DNA of 64,000 nucleotides, from contig CAWDVR010000001.1 of the NCBI GenBank assembly GCA_963805975.1, forward strand, positions 512,001-576,000, given 5' to 3'. Numbering within the stretch: position 1 is the stretch's first letter; every line of letters starts with the position of its first letter. Shown here in pieces: positions 45,905 to 54,413 of this stretch. The notes beneath the pieces were generated by a model. It worked only from the letters and a program-made list of their open reading frames with translations, was not told the DNA's origin and made no database searches. The position numbers and the translations under genes were made by a program. Source of the stretch: an uncultured Acidobacteriota bacterium. GTDB lineage: Bacteria > Acidobacteriota > Thermoanaerobaculia > Multivoradales > SZUA-115.

Positions 45905-47575
45905 TCAGTCGTACATCCCGTCCGCGAACCAGTCCCCCGTGGCGCGGTCGCGGAACACGCGGTAGATGCCGCCGCCGGCGAGCTCCACGTCCCAGTAGTC
46001 CCGGAGCGTGGGGCTCTCGGACCACCACTCCTCCTCGAGCCCCCAGGGGCCGGAGGCCACCCGCACCCGGCCGCGGATGCGGGGCGGCTTGCGGGGTTCC
46101 TGATCGGGATCGTCCGCCACGGGGCGAGGCTCGATCGAGAGCAGCCGGATGCCCAAGAGCTCGGGCGGCGGCCCACTGCCGTAGGGCACCACGGGCTCGG
46201 CCACCATGTCCTCCATTGCGAAGCGCTCGTCGGGCTCGGGCGGCGCCGGGGGCCTCCCCTCGGCCGGGCCCCCCTCGGGCGGAGCCGTGGTCAAGACCTC
46301 GATCGGCACCGGCGGGCGCAGCACCCGCACGGCGAGGAGGCCCTGGCCGCGGCGCGGCTCGCGCTCCACGCGCGGCGGTGGCGGCGGAGCATAGGCGACC
46401 AGTGCGAAGCGCTCGGGACGGTGGCCGTCGGCGGTGGCCGGCGAGCCGGAGCGGCCCGGCCCGAGCAGGGCGAAGAGGCGGGCGAGGGTGGTGGCGAGCT
46501 GATCGGGCGACAGGGCCTCGGGGCCGAAGAGGGAGAGCTGGGCCTCGCGCGGCCGGTCGGGATGGGCGGTGAAGCGGAAGGCGACGACCGGCGCGCCGGG
46601 AGGGCGGGCCTCGAGCTCGAGCCGCACCAGGGTGAGGAGCGTCTTGGTGTCGCGCGTGGGAGCGGGCAGGTCGAGGCTGCGCTCGTAGAGACCGTCGGGC
46701 TCGAGCTTCAGGGCGAGCTCCAGACGCTTGGCGGCGAACCCCTGCGCGGCGAGGCGCTGGCCCAGGCGGTCCAGGGCGGCGCGGCCGACGAAGAGAAAGG
46801 GCTCGAGCGAGACCAGCGGCCAGTCGAGGCTCATGCCCTCGCGGAAGCAGGGCGGCACGGGGCGGGGCATCAGGGGCTGGGGGTCGAGGCCGCGCGCCGT
46901 GGCGTGCAGCTCCTGCCCCGCCCTGCCCAGGCGGCTCGCCACCTCTGCCGCCGGCAGCTTGGCGAAGTCGCCGATCGAGCGCACGCCCCAGCGCTCCAGG
47001 GTGGCGGAGACGCCGAGCTCCGGCGCCAGGCGCTCGAGCGGCAGGGGGGCGAGGAAGGCGGCCTCCTCGCCCAGGGGAACGACGGTCGGCGAGCGTGGGA
47101 GGTCCGCCGCCACCCGCGCCGCGAGCTTGGCCGCCGCCACCCCCACCCGCACCGGCAGGTCGGCCTTCTGCGCGGCGTCGATCAGCGCGCGGCCGACCTG
47201 GTGCTCGAAGTGCTCGCCGGGGAAGTGGCGCTCCAGGCCTTCGAGATCGAGGTAGACGACGCCCTCGCCCGCGTCCTCGACGCGGGGGGAGAGGGTCTCG
47301 GCGGCTTCCACCAGGGCCTCCTGGGCGGAGCGCTCACAGTCCGCGTCTCTCGCGCGCGCCACCAGCTTGGGCAGCAGGGCCCGCGCCTGGGGCAGGGTGA
47401 GGCCCGCCTTGAGCCCGGCCTGCCGCGCCGAGCGGGTAGCGGCCACCAGGCGGGCGGCGTTGCCGCTGCCGGCGAAGACGGCGAAGGCCTCCCGGGCGAG
47501 CTCGGGCTCGCTCCTCAGGCGTGCCGCGAGCGGGAAGAGGGGGACGACGAGGCAGGCGAGGCGGGCGGGTGGCAT
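45905..47575 (-). CDS. imuB: ImuB, inactive Y-family DNA polymerase homologue
   Basis: Y-family fold remnants (ARQAGLKAG.TL.QARAL, SPRVE, AAKLAARVAA), QLSLF clamp-binding motif, C-terminal GPW..EEWW..RDYWDVEL..G.YD. Confidence 0.88.
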   Translation of the reverse strand: MPPARLACLVVPLFPLAARLRSEPELAREAFAVFAGSGNAARLVAATRSARQAGLKAGLTLPQARALLPKLVARARDADCERSAQEALVEAAETLSPRVEDAGEGVVYLDLEGLERHFPGEHFEHQVGRALIDAAQKADLPVRVGVAAAKLAARVAADLPRSPTVVPLGEEAAFLAPLPLERLAPELGVSATLERWGVRSIGDFAKLPAAEVASRLGRAGQELHATARGLDPQPLMPRPVPPCFREGMSLDWPLVSLEPFLFVGRAALDRLGQRLAAQGFAAKRLELALKLEPDGLYERSLDLPAPTRDTKTLLTLVRLELEARPPGAPVVAFRFTAHPDRPREAQLSLFGPEALSPDQLATTLARLFALLGPGRSGSPATADGHRPERFALVAYAPPPPPRVEREPRRGQGLLAVRVLRPPVPIEVLTTAPPEGGPAEGRPPAPPEPDERFAMEDMVAEPVVPYGSGPPPELLGIRLLSIEPRPVADDPDQEPRKPPRIRGRVRVASGPWGLEEEWWSESPTLRDYWDVELAGGGIYRVFRDRATGDWFADGMYD

Positions 47576-47596
47576 GGATCAAGGCCCTTCAACCTT

Positions 47597-47713
47597 CCCT
47601 CACCCCAACCCTCTCCCGCAAGCGGGAGAGGGGGTCAAGGCCACTGCCGGCTCCCTCCGGTCCCCTCGCCCCGCTTGCGGGGAGAGGGTTAGGGTGAGGG
47701 GCTGGGGTGAGGG
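47597..47713. repeat. Inverted pair of REP-like family A palindromes between imuA and imuB
   Basis: CCCTCACCCCAACCCTCTCCCGCAAGCGGGAGAGGG (from 47597) and its reverse complement copy (47662-47701). Confidence 0.8.
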
Positions 47714-47716
47714 TCC

Positions 47717-48601
47717 TCACCGCCCACCTCCCACTGCCACAAGCGGCAGCGGTGCGGCCTCCGGCAGCCGCTCGACGGCGGACGGCGACAGCTCCGCCGC
47801 CGGGTCGAGGAAGGGGATCGCCCGCCAGGCCAGGCGGGTGTCGCCGCCCGGCGCCTGGCCGCGCTGCTTGGCCACGGCGAGGTGCGAGGCGACACCGGCC
47901 AGGAGGCGTGGCGCGACCCCGCTCCCCAGCCAGGCGGTGCGGGCGCTCTCGACAGCGAGCACCGCGGCGGCGGCCGTGCCGCTCACCCGGTAGGGGGCCG
48001 ACACCAGGAGCGCCGCCTCGTGGTCGCGGGCGGCGCGCGCCAGCCGCAGCCAGCAGCCCTCGTCGGCACGCCCGCGAAGCGGCGGCAGGCCGAGGTCGAG
48101 CACCACCAGGGGAAAGCCGCCGGTGAGCACGGTCTCCGCGGCCGAGAGGGCTTCCTTGAGGCGCCGCGGACGCAGCCACAGGAGCCGCTCGAGGTCCACC
48201 CCCGCCAGGGCGGCGGCCCGCGGGTCGAGGCCGTCGCCCAGGTCGACGAAGGCGGCGGCCCGGCCGGTGCCGGTGACCGCGGCGAGCACGGTGAGCAGGA
48301 GAGAGAAGCGCCCGGAGGTGCGCCGGCCGACCAGCTCGACGAGCGAGCGCCGGGCGAGGCCGCCGCCCAGCAGGCGGTCGAAGGCCGGCTCGGCGGTGGG
48401 CAGAGGGGGCTCGCCGTGCAGGCGCCGGCGGCGAAGAACGAGATCCCGCGCGCTCCCGATACGCGAGCGCAAAGGCTGCGGTAGAGTCTGACGAACAGCC
48501 TCGAGCACCGGCCGGGGAGACCCCGGGGCAGGGGAGTTAGAGACCTCCCCGGCCGGCCGCTCAAGATTGAATTTCCCTGCTTTAGCCGTGGCTGATTCCA
48601 T
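47717..48601 (-). CDS. imuA: ImuA, RecA-like translesion synthesis accessory protein
   Basis: DRLLGGGL, degenerate Walker A (GRRTSGR), AAFVD..LDP..AGVDLERLL, LVVLD; upstream of imuB. Confidence 0.82.
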   Translation of the reverse strand: MESATAKAGKFNLERPAGEVSNSPAPGSPRPVLEAVRQTLPQPLRSRIGSARDLVLRRRRLHGEPPLPTAEPAFDRLLGGGLARRSLVELVGRRTSGRFSLLLTVLAAVTGTGRAAAFVDLGDGLDPRAAALAGVDLERLLWLRPRRLKEALSAAETVLTGGFPLVVLDLGLPPLRGRADEGCWLRLARAARDHEAALLVSAPYRVSGTAAAAVLAVESARTAWLGSGVAPRLLAGVASHLAVAKQRGQAPGGDTRLAWRAIPFLDPAAELSPSAVERLPEAAPLPLVAVGGGR

Positions 48602-48636
48602 GTTGATTTTCGGAGGTTCTGTGCGCTTCGTGTCCG

Positions 48637-48690
48637 AGGCAAAGAGTAGGCGTAAAAAAGGCGTAAGTCAAGGGCAAGTTAGGCGTAAGT
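48637..48690 (-). promoter_or_regulatory. 11-bp-periodic direct repeat array (AGGCGTAA) upstream of imuA, candidate DNA-damage operator
   Basis: AGGCGTAA at 48648, 48659 and 48681; degenerate copies at 48637 and 48670. Confidence 0.55.
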
Positions 48691-48742
48691 TTGAGCGTCT
48701 GGGCGGAAGCCCCCCTTCTCCTCGGGCGGAAGGGGGCGGCCG

Positions 48743-49943
48743 GTGAGGGGCCGTTGCGAGGTGGCGGTGGTCGGTGGCGGGGCCGTGGGAGCCGCCACCG
48801 CCATGGCGCTCGTCGGGAAGGTCGGCTCCCTGGTGCTGATCGAGGCCGAGCCGGCGCTCGCCGCCCACCAGAGCAGTCACAACAGCGGCGTCATCCACTC
48901 CGGTCTCTACTACAAGCCCGGCTCGCTCAAAGCCGAGACCGCCACCGCGGGCCGCGACGCCCTCTACCGCTTCTGCGCCGAGGAAGGTCTGCCGCACCGC
49001 CGCTGCGGCAAGCTGGTGGTGGCGACCGAGGAGCGGGAGCTGCCGGCCCTGGCCGAGCTCGAGCGCCGTGGCCGGGCCAACGGCTTGGTGGACGTGAGGC
49101 GGCTCACCCTGGCGGAGATGCGCGAGGTCGAGCCCGAGGTGGCCGGCCTCGCCGGGCTCTGGGTCGGCGAAACCGGCATCGTGGATTTCGCCGAGGTCAC
49201 CCGCGCCTACGCCCGGAAAGTGGAGGCGGCGGGCGGCGAGGTGCGGACCGGCGCCCGCCTGCTCCGCGTCCACGAGCGGGGCGACGGCCTCACCCTGGAG
49301 ACCGACGGCCGGCGAGCTCGGCTGCAACTTCCTGGTGAACTGCGCGGGGCTCGGCAGCGACCGCGTGGCGCGCCTCTGCGGCGTCGACCCGGAGGTCTCG
49401 ATCGTGCCCTTCCGCGGCGACTACTACGAGCTCGAGCCCGAGCGGCGGTCCCTGGTCCGCGGGCTGATCTACCCGGTGCCGGACGCCTCCCTGCCGTTCC
49501 TGGGCGTCCACTTGACGCGCACCATCCACGGCCAGGTCGAGGCCGGGCCCAACGCCGTGCTGGCCCTGGCCCGCGAGCGCTACCGCAAGCTCGCCTTCGT
49601 GCCGCGGGACGCCTGGGCCGCCCTCACCTACCCCGGCACCTGGCGGTTGCTACGGCGCTACTGGCGCACCGGCTGGGCGGAGGTGCGACGCTCGCTCTCT
49701 CCCACCGCCTTCGCCGCGGCCCTGGCCCGGCTGGTGCCGGCGATCCGCCGGCAGGACATCCGGCCCGCCGGCTGCGGCATCCGGGCCCAGGCCGTCGACC
49801 GCCAGGGCCGCTTGGTCGAGGACTTCCACCTGCTGACGGCGAAGAGGAGCCTGCACGTGCTCAACGCCCCCTCCCCAGCCGCCACCGCCTCGATCGCCAT
49901 CGGGCGGGTGGTGGCGGAGAAGGTGAGGGCGGCGCTGGAGTGA
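48743..49943 (+). CDS. lhgO: L-2-hydroxyglutarate oxidase, +1 frameshift near 49304
   Basis: VVGGGAVG FAD motif, HQSSHNSGVIHSGLYYKPGSLKA; second frame NCAGL.SD, FRGDYY, IYPVPD..PFLGVH, NAPSPAATAS. Confidence 0.88.
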
Positions 49944-50094
49944 GCCTGCTCAGTCCTCGTGGGCTTCGCGGATCAGGTCGATAAAGAAAAACCTCGACTC
50001 AGGGAATACCACTGGCGGTGTGAAGTCGGGGCGACTCTCGAAGGTTCAGGAGAGCGCCCCGCAGGGGGTCGATCGAGAGCCGAGAGGAGATACC

Positions 50095-50451
50095 CTACAT
50101 GTCCACGAGCACGCTGAAGCCGCCGTAGACCATGCGCTTCATGTCGAAGGGCATCTTCTTCGGCATCTTGGCCAGGCGTGGGTCTTTCATCACCTGGGCG
50201 TTGACCTTGTTGCGGTGGGCCTTGGACTTGTAGAGGATCCAGGCGAAGACCACGGTCTCGCCGCGCTTCAAGGGGACCGTGGTCGAGAACGGCACCATGC
50301 CCTGAACGTCCAGGTCGTCGCCCGCACACTCGCAGTACTGGAGAGCGCCGTGCTCTATCCAGATCTTGCCGGCCTGCTGGGCGATGCGGCGGTAGGCCGG
50401 GATGTTCTTCTTGGGTATTGGTAGTACGAATCCATCGACATAACGAGGCAT
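50095..50451 (-). CDS. DUF1428 (YbaA-like) protein
   Basis: YVDGFVLP..W.EHGAL.Y.EC.GDD..VMKDPR..MPFD.KRM.YGGF. Confidence 0.88.
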   Translation of the reverse strand: MPRYVDGFVLPIPKKNIPAYRRIAQQAGKIWIEHGALQYCECAGDDLDVQGMVPFSTTVPLKRGETVVFAWILYKSKAHRNKVNAQVMKDPRLAKMPKKMPFDMKRMVYGGFSVLVDM

Positions 50452-50555
50452 CGTTCGTCTCCTCTAGGTAGGTTCGTCGAGCACATCCTCCGGACCGAGG
50501 AATTCTACCGTGGGCTTTCGAGGTGGAGGAGGAGCCTTCGGCGGAGAGAGGGTCT

Positions 50556-50595
50556 GCCGGGGCGCCCCCTGGAGGATTCCAGGAGACGCCCCGGC
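50556..50595 (-). terminator. Hairpin downstream of 50617-51072, possible terminator
   Basis: Minus-strand stem GCCGGGGCGTCTCCTGGA/TCCAGGGGGCGCCCCGGC with G-U pairs; weak U-tract. Confidence 0.45.
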
Positions 50596-50616
50596 GGGAG
50601 AGGAGAGAGCGGGTGG

Positions 50617-51072
50617 TTAGGAAAGGCTGCGGAGCAGCCGGTTGAAGCTGTCGGTGGGAAGCGAGACGCGGATGTCCGAGTCGTGGTCGTGGACGGTGAT
50701 CTCGAGCGAGCGGCCTTCCTTCGCGATCCGCACCCGTTCGCGGCTGCTCTCGACGCTCACCAGCACGGCGTCGGGGCAGTCCTCGATCGCCTGGAAGACG
50801 GCGTGGAGCGAGTCGCGCCAGGGCTCGATCTTGCGCGTCAGAGCGGCACGCTCGCGGTCCGGCATGAAGAGCGCCAGGGCATCCACCCCCAACTCGACGA
50901 AAGCCGCCGGTACCGGCAGGTAGAGGTTGACGCCGTCCGGCGAGCGATCCTGGATGGCCACCGTCACCACGCCCTTGTGGATCACCACGGCCGCCAGCGC
51001 CACCCCGGTGCCGGCCAGCATCACGGCACCGGCGATCATCAGCACGGCGAAGAAGCGAAGGATGCGTTTCAT
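50617..51072 (-). CDS. Hypothetical membrane/exported protein
   Basis: N-terminal hydrophobic segment; V.V.....V.L.LP and LV.V....E.VRI.K pattern shared with neighbouring gene. Confidence 0.6.
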   Translation of the reverse strand: MKRILRFFAVLMIAGAVMLAGTGVALAAVVIHKGVVTVAIQDRSPDGVNLYLPVPAAFVELGVDALALFMPDRERAALTRKIEPWRDSLHAVFQAIEDCPDAVLVSVESSRERVRIAKEGRSLEITVHDHDSDIRVSLPTDSFNRLLRSLS

Positions 51073-51117
51073 GATGCGGCTCCCCTTTTACGGTTCGTCA
51101 GCCAGAGCGTCGCGAGG

Positions 51118-51163
51118 GATTCTTCGCTGCGCTCGGGATGACAGTCGGTCACTCAGGATGACA
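51118..51163. repeat. REP-like family B copy plus partial tandem copy
   Basis: GATTCTTCGCTGCGCTCGGGATGACA then CTCAGGATGACA; matches copies at 55841 and 55909. Confidence 0.65.
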
Positions 51164-51170
51164 GTCGCCG

Positions 51171-51728
51171 TCAGCGGGCTTCGGGCTGGCTGTCGATCCA
51201 CACCCGCACCTGGCTGCGATCGTCGTTCACGGTCACCAGCTCGCCCTCGCCCTCGGCCACCAGGGCGGCGAGCGCTGCCTGCACGTTCAGGCTGTTGCCC
51301 TCGCCGGAGAGGAGCGCGTCGACCACGGTCAGGGGGATGCGCGCGTGGATCTCGGCGCCGCTCCCGGAGTGCTCGGTGGTGCGCGCCACCAGGTAGCCGC
51401 GCTCCTTGGAGAGCTTGATGTTCTCGTTGTTGCTCTTGACCGTGACGTAGGTCATGTCCGGGGAGGTCGAGACCTCGTGCCACAGGGCACGCAGCTTGGC
51501 GGCGTCGAACTCCTGGTTGTCGATCACGATCCGGCCGTCGCGCATCTGGTCCTGCGGGATCAGCGGCAGGGCCTTCTCGACGATCGAGATGGGAAGGTTG
51601 ACGGTGACGGTCTCGTTGCCGTTGGCCTGGTCCTGGACGGTGACGTGGAACCAGAGGTCGGCGGCGGTGGCGGGCAAGGCGGACAGCGCCACGGTGAGGA
51701 TGGCAGCGCAAAGCGTACGGGTCTTCAT
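51171..51728 (-). CDS. Hypothetical exported protein
   Basis: Signal peptide ending ATA-AD; internally duplicated V.VNLP/ARIP and VTV....I/V.. pattern; ATG 51728. Confidence 0.65.
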   Translation of the reverse strand: MKTRTLCAAILTVALSALPATAADLWFHVTVQDQANGNETVTVNLPISIVEKALPLIPQDQMRDGRIVIDNQEFDAAKLRALWHEVSTSPDMTYVTVKSNNENIKLSKERGYLVARTTEHSGSGAEIHARIPLTVVDALLSGEGNSLNVQAALAALVAEGEGELVTVNDDRSQVRVWIDSQPEAR

Positions 51729-51840
51729 GAGAACAAGCTCCTTTCCCTCGGGGGGAGATGCGTGCTGCTCGGTTTTTTCAGCTCGGGGCGGCGTGTCGGC
51801 CGCTCTCAACCGAAAAGACGCTCGAGGGTAGGCGAATGTT

Positions 51841-53655
51841 TCAGCCGCCCGACGGGGCGACGTCGGCGAGCTCGTCGATCATCGCGGAGATGACGTCGAA
51901 GCCGCCGCGCCAGAAGGCCGGGTCGGTCGGGTCGACGCCGGTCTCGGCCAGGATCTGCTGCGGCCGCGCCGAGCCGCCGTAGGCAAGGAGCTTGAGGTAG
52001 GCCGGCTTGAAGGCCTCGCCCTCCTGCTGATAGCGCCGGTAAAGGGCGAGAACCAGGAGCTGGCCGAAGCTGTAGGCGTAGCAGTAGAAGGGAGTCTGGT
52101 AGAGGTGGGGGATGGCCAGCCATTCGTGCTGGAACTCGGGCGGCACCTCCACGGCGTCGCCGAACTGCTCCTGGAGGTTGGCGAAGTAGAGGGCGTTGAG
52201 CTCCTGCGGCGAGCGGCCGGCGAGGATCGCCTTGTGCGCTTCGATCTCGAAGAGCACGAAGTAGGCCTGGCGCACCACCGAGGCGTAGATGCTGTCGATC
52301 GAGTAGACCAGGAGCTCGCGCCGCGCCACCGGCTCCTTCTCCTGCTCCAGCAGGCGGTCGGTGACCAGCATCTCGGCGAACACCGAGGCAGTCTCGGCGA
52401 GCGGCAGCGAGGAGCGCTGGGTGAGCACCGAGTGGCCGGAGGCCATGGTGCTGTGCACGGCGTGGCCCAGCTCGTGGGCGAGGGTGGTCACGTCGCGCAG
52501 CCGCTCGTTGTAGGACACCAGCACCCACGGCGTCTGGCTGGGCAGCACGGTGGCACAGAAGGCGCCCGTGCGCTTGCCCCGCCGCACCTCGCTGTCGATA
52601 TGGTGCTCGTCGAACACCCGCCGCGCCTGGGCGGCGAAGCAGGGATGGAAGCGCTCGAAGGTGTCGAGCACCGTCGCCACCGAGTCGTGGTAGGGCACCT
52701 TGCGGTCGGTCTCGGCCAGCGGGGCGTAAAGGTCGTAGCGGCGCAGCCGCGGCAGCCCCAGGTGGCCGGCCTTCCAGCGGAAGTAGCGCTGGAAGACCGG
52801 CGCGGACTCGCGGATGACCTGCAGGAGAGTGTCGACGGCGGCGTCCGGGATGTCGTTGCCCACGTTGCGCACCGCGATCGGCGAGGAGAAGCCGCGCAGG
52901 CCCACCTGCTCGTTGTACCAGTCGCGCACCCGGTTGGCGTAGATCTGCGCCAGCGGCGTGGCCTCGCGGCCGTAGACCCGGAACAGCTCGCGGTACACCG
53001 CCTCCCGCAGCACCGGCCGCGGCGAGTGGGTGTAGCCCACCAGCTCATCGCGGGTCAGGGTGCGTTTCTCGCCGTCCACCTCGAGCTCGAACTCGAGCCG
53101 GTTGGTGAGCACGGAGTAGAGGGTGAGGAGCGCGCCCACGCCGTCACTGTCCTTCAAGCCGATGATCTGTTCGCTGCGCTCGTCCAGGGTGTAGGGCTTG
53201 AAGCGCCGGACCTCGGAGAGATAGTGGACGAGGTCCGGCCGGGCGGCGACCCCGGGCAGCAGGGCCTCGGCCTCGGCATCCGACAGGCTCTTCCACCACA
53301 GCTCGAAGAAGAGGACGCGGTTGTTGGTCGCCACCAGGGACTGCTGCACTCGGTTCTGGCAGGTGAGCGCGGCCTGCGACTGGGTGTCGCCGGCGAACCA
53401 AAGAGTGGCGTAGGACTCGAGCACCAGCATGCGCTCGACCAGCGCCTCGTAGTCCTCGACCACGGCGCGGAAGGCCGCGGGGTCGAGGTCCGGCGCCAGC
53501 CGGCTGCGCCAGGCCTCGAAGGCCAGCACGGCGGTCTCGAGATCCTGGAGCTGGCGGGCGAGGGCCTCCTCGGTCTGCTCTGCGAGGAGCTGGGAAAGGT
53601 CCCAGGCTGCGGGTGAATAGACTGGGCTCGCTTCGAGGAGGGAGGTTGTCGTCAT
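51841..53655 (-). CDS. pepF: Oligoendopeptidase F (peptidase M3B)
   Basis: WDLS, GKRTGAFC, TLAHELGHAVH, AETASVFAE, IPH.Y..PFY.YAY.FG. Confidence 0.9.
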   Translation of the reverse strand: MTTTSLLEASPVYSPAAWDLSQLLAEQTEEALARQLQDLETAVLAFEAWRSRLAPDLDPAAFRAVVEDYEALVERMLVLESYATLWFAGDTQSQAALTCQNRVQQSLVATNNRVLFFELWWKSLSDAEAEALLPGVAARPDLVHYLSEVRRFKPYTLDERSEQIIGLKDSDGVGALLTLYSVLTNRLEFELEVDGEKRTLTRDELVGYTHSPRPVLREAVYRELFRVYGREATPLAQIYANRVRDWYNEQVGLRGFSSPIAVRNVGNDIPDAAVDTLLQVIRESAPVFQRYFRWKAGHLGLPRLRRYDLYAPLAETDRKVPYHDSVATVLDTFERFHPCFAAQARRVFDEHHIDSEVRRGKRTGAFCATVLPSQTPWVLVSYNERLRDVTTLAHELGHAVHSTMASGHSVLTQRSSLPLAETASVFAEMLVTDRLLEQEKEPVARRELLVYSIDSIYASVVRQAYFVLFEIEAHKAILAGRSPQELNALYFANLQEQFGDAVEVPPEFQHEWLAIPHLYQTPFYCYAYSFGQLLVLALYRRYQQEGEAFKPAYLKLLAYGGSARPQQILAETGVDPTDPAFWRGGFDVISAMIDELADVAPSGG

Positions 53656-53844
53656 TTTTTAGAGTATGCAGAAAGTTGATCGGTTTTCTGAGCAGACGGG
53701 AAATTCTAGATCAAGCGAAGGCTTTGCGGGTGGCTGTCCCGCTCCCCGAGGGCCTCGGCACTAGGAGGGCGTGTAGCCCCAAGGGGCCTTGGCAGTATCA
53801 TCTCGGCCCCGACTCACCCCGGAACTTTCGTATCGGAGACCGCT

Positions 53845-54093
53845 ATGGCGTGGGATGAAGAAGAAGACACCACGATCTACAAAGTCGTCGTCAACCACGA
53901 GGAGCAGTACTCCATCTGGCCTGCCGACCGCGAGAACCCCCTGGGGTGGAACGACGTCGGCAAGAGCGGCCCCAAGGCCGAGTGCCTGGCCTACATCGAG
54001 GAAGTCTGGACCGACATGAGGCCCCTCTCGCTGCGCAAGAAGATGGAAGAGATGGAGCGCGAGCGGCAGGCGGCGCAAGGCAAGTCCAACTGA
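53845..54093 (+). CDS. mbtH: MbtH-like protein
   Basis: [34 protein letters not shown], the full MbtH signature. Confidence 0.95.
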   Translation: MAWDEEEDTTIYKVVVNHEEQYSIWPADRENPLGWNDVGKSGPKAECLAYIEEVWTDMRPLSLRKKMEEMERERQAAQGKSN

Positions 54094-54107
54094 CGAGGAG
54101 GCGAGCG

Positions 54108-54413
54108 ATGCGAAACTACACCAAGGCCTACTACCTGGGGGAGCTGCGCAAGTTCGCGGGCTTCGCGGCGGTCGCCGGCCCGGCCGCGGCCCGGCTCGAG
54201 GACGAGACCCCGGTCTACGTGCGCGACGACTTCCAGGTCGTCACCTTCGAAGCGGTGTTCGAGGACGAGGCGCCGGAGGCGGAGCTGGTGGTGAAAGAGG
54301 TGACGCCGGAATGGAAGGCGTTCCTCGAGACCCAGCTCGAGCCGCCGTTCGTCATTCCCGACGACCTCAAGTTCATGTACGAAGAGGAACCGGCCCCGGC
54401 CGCGGCCTCCTAG
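54108..54413 (+). CDS. Small acidic hypothetical protein co-transcribed with mbtH
   Basis: GAGGAG RBS, ATG 54108; MRNYTKAYYLGELRKF..VYVRDDF..VTPEWKAF..FVIPDDL. Confidence 0.65.
   Translation: MRNYTKAYYLGELRKFAGFAAVAGPAAARLEDETPVYVRDDFQVVTFEAVFEDEAPEAELVVKEVTPEWKAFLETQLEPPFVIPDDLKFMYEEEPAPAAAS

Noticed and set aside
48616-48629. GTTC-N6-CTTC as a GTTC-N7-GTTC LexA box
   Set aside because: Wrong spacing and a mismatch; the AGGCGTAA array is a much stronger signal
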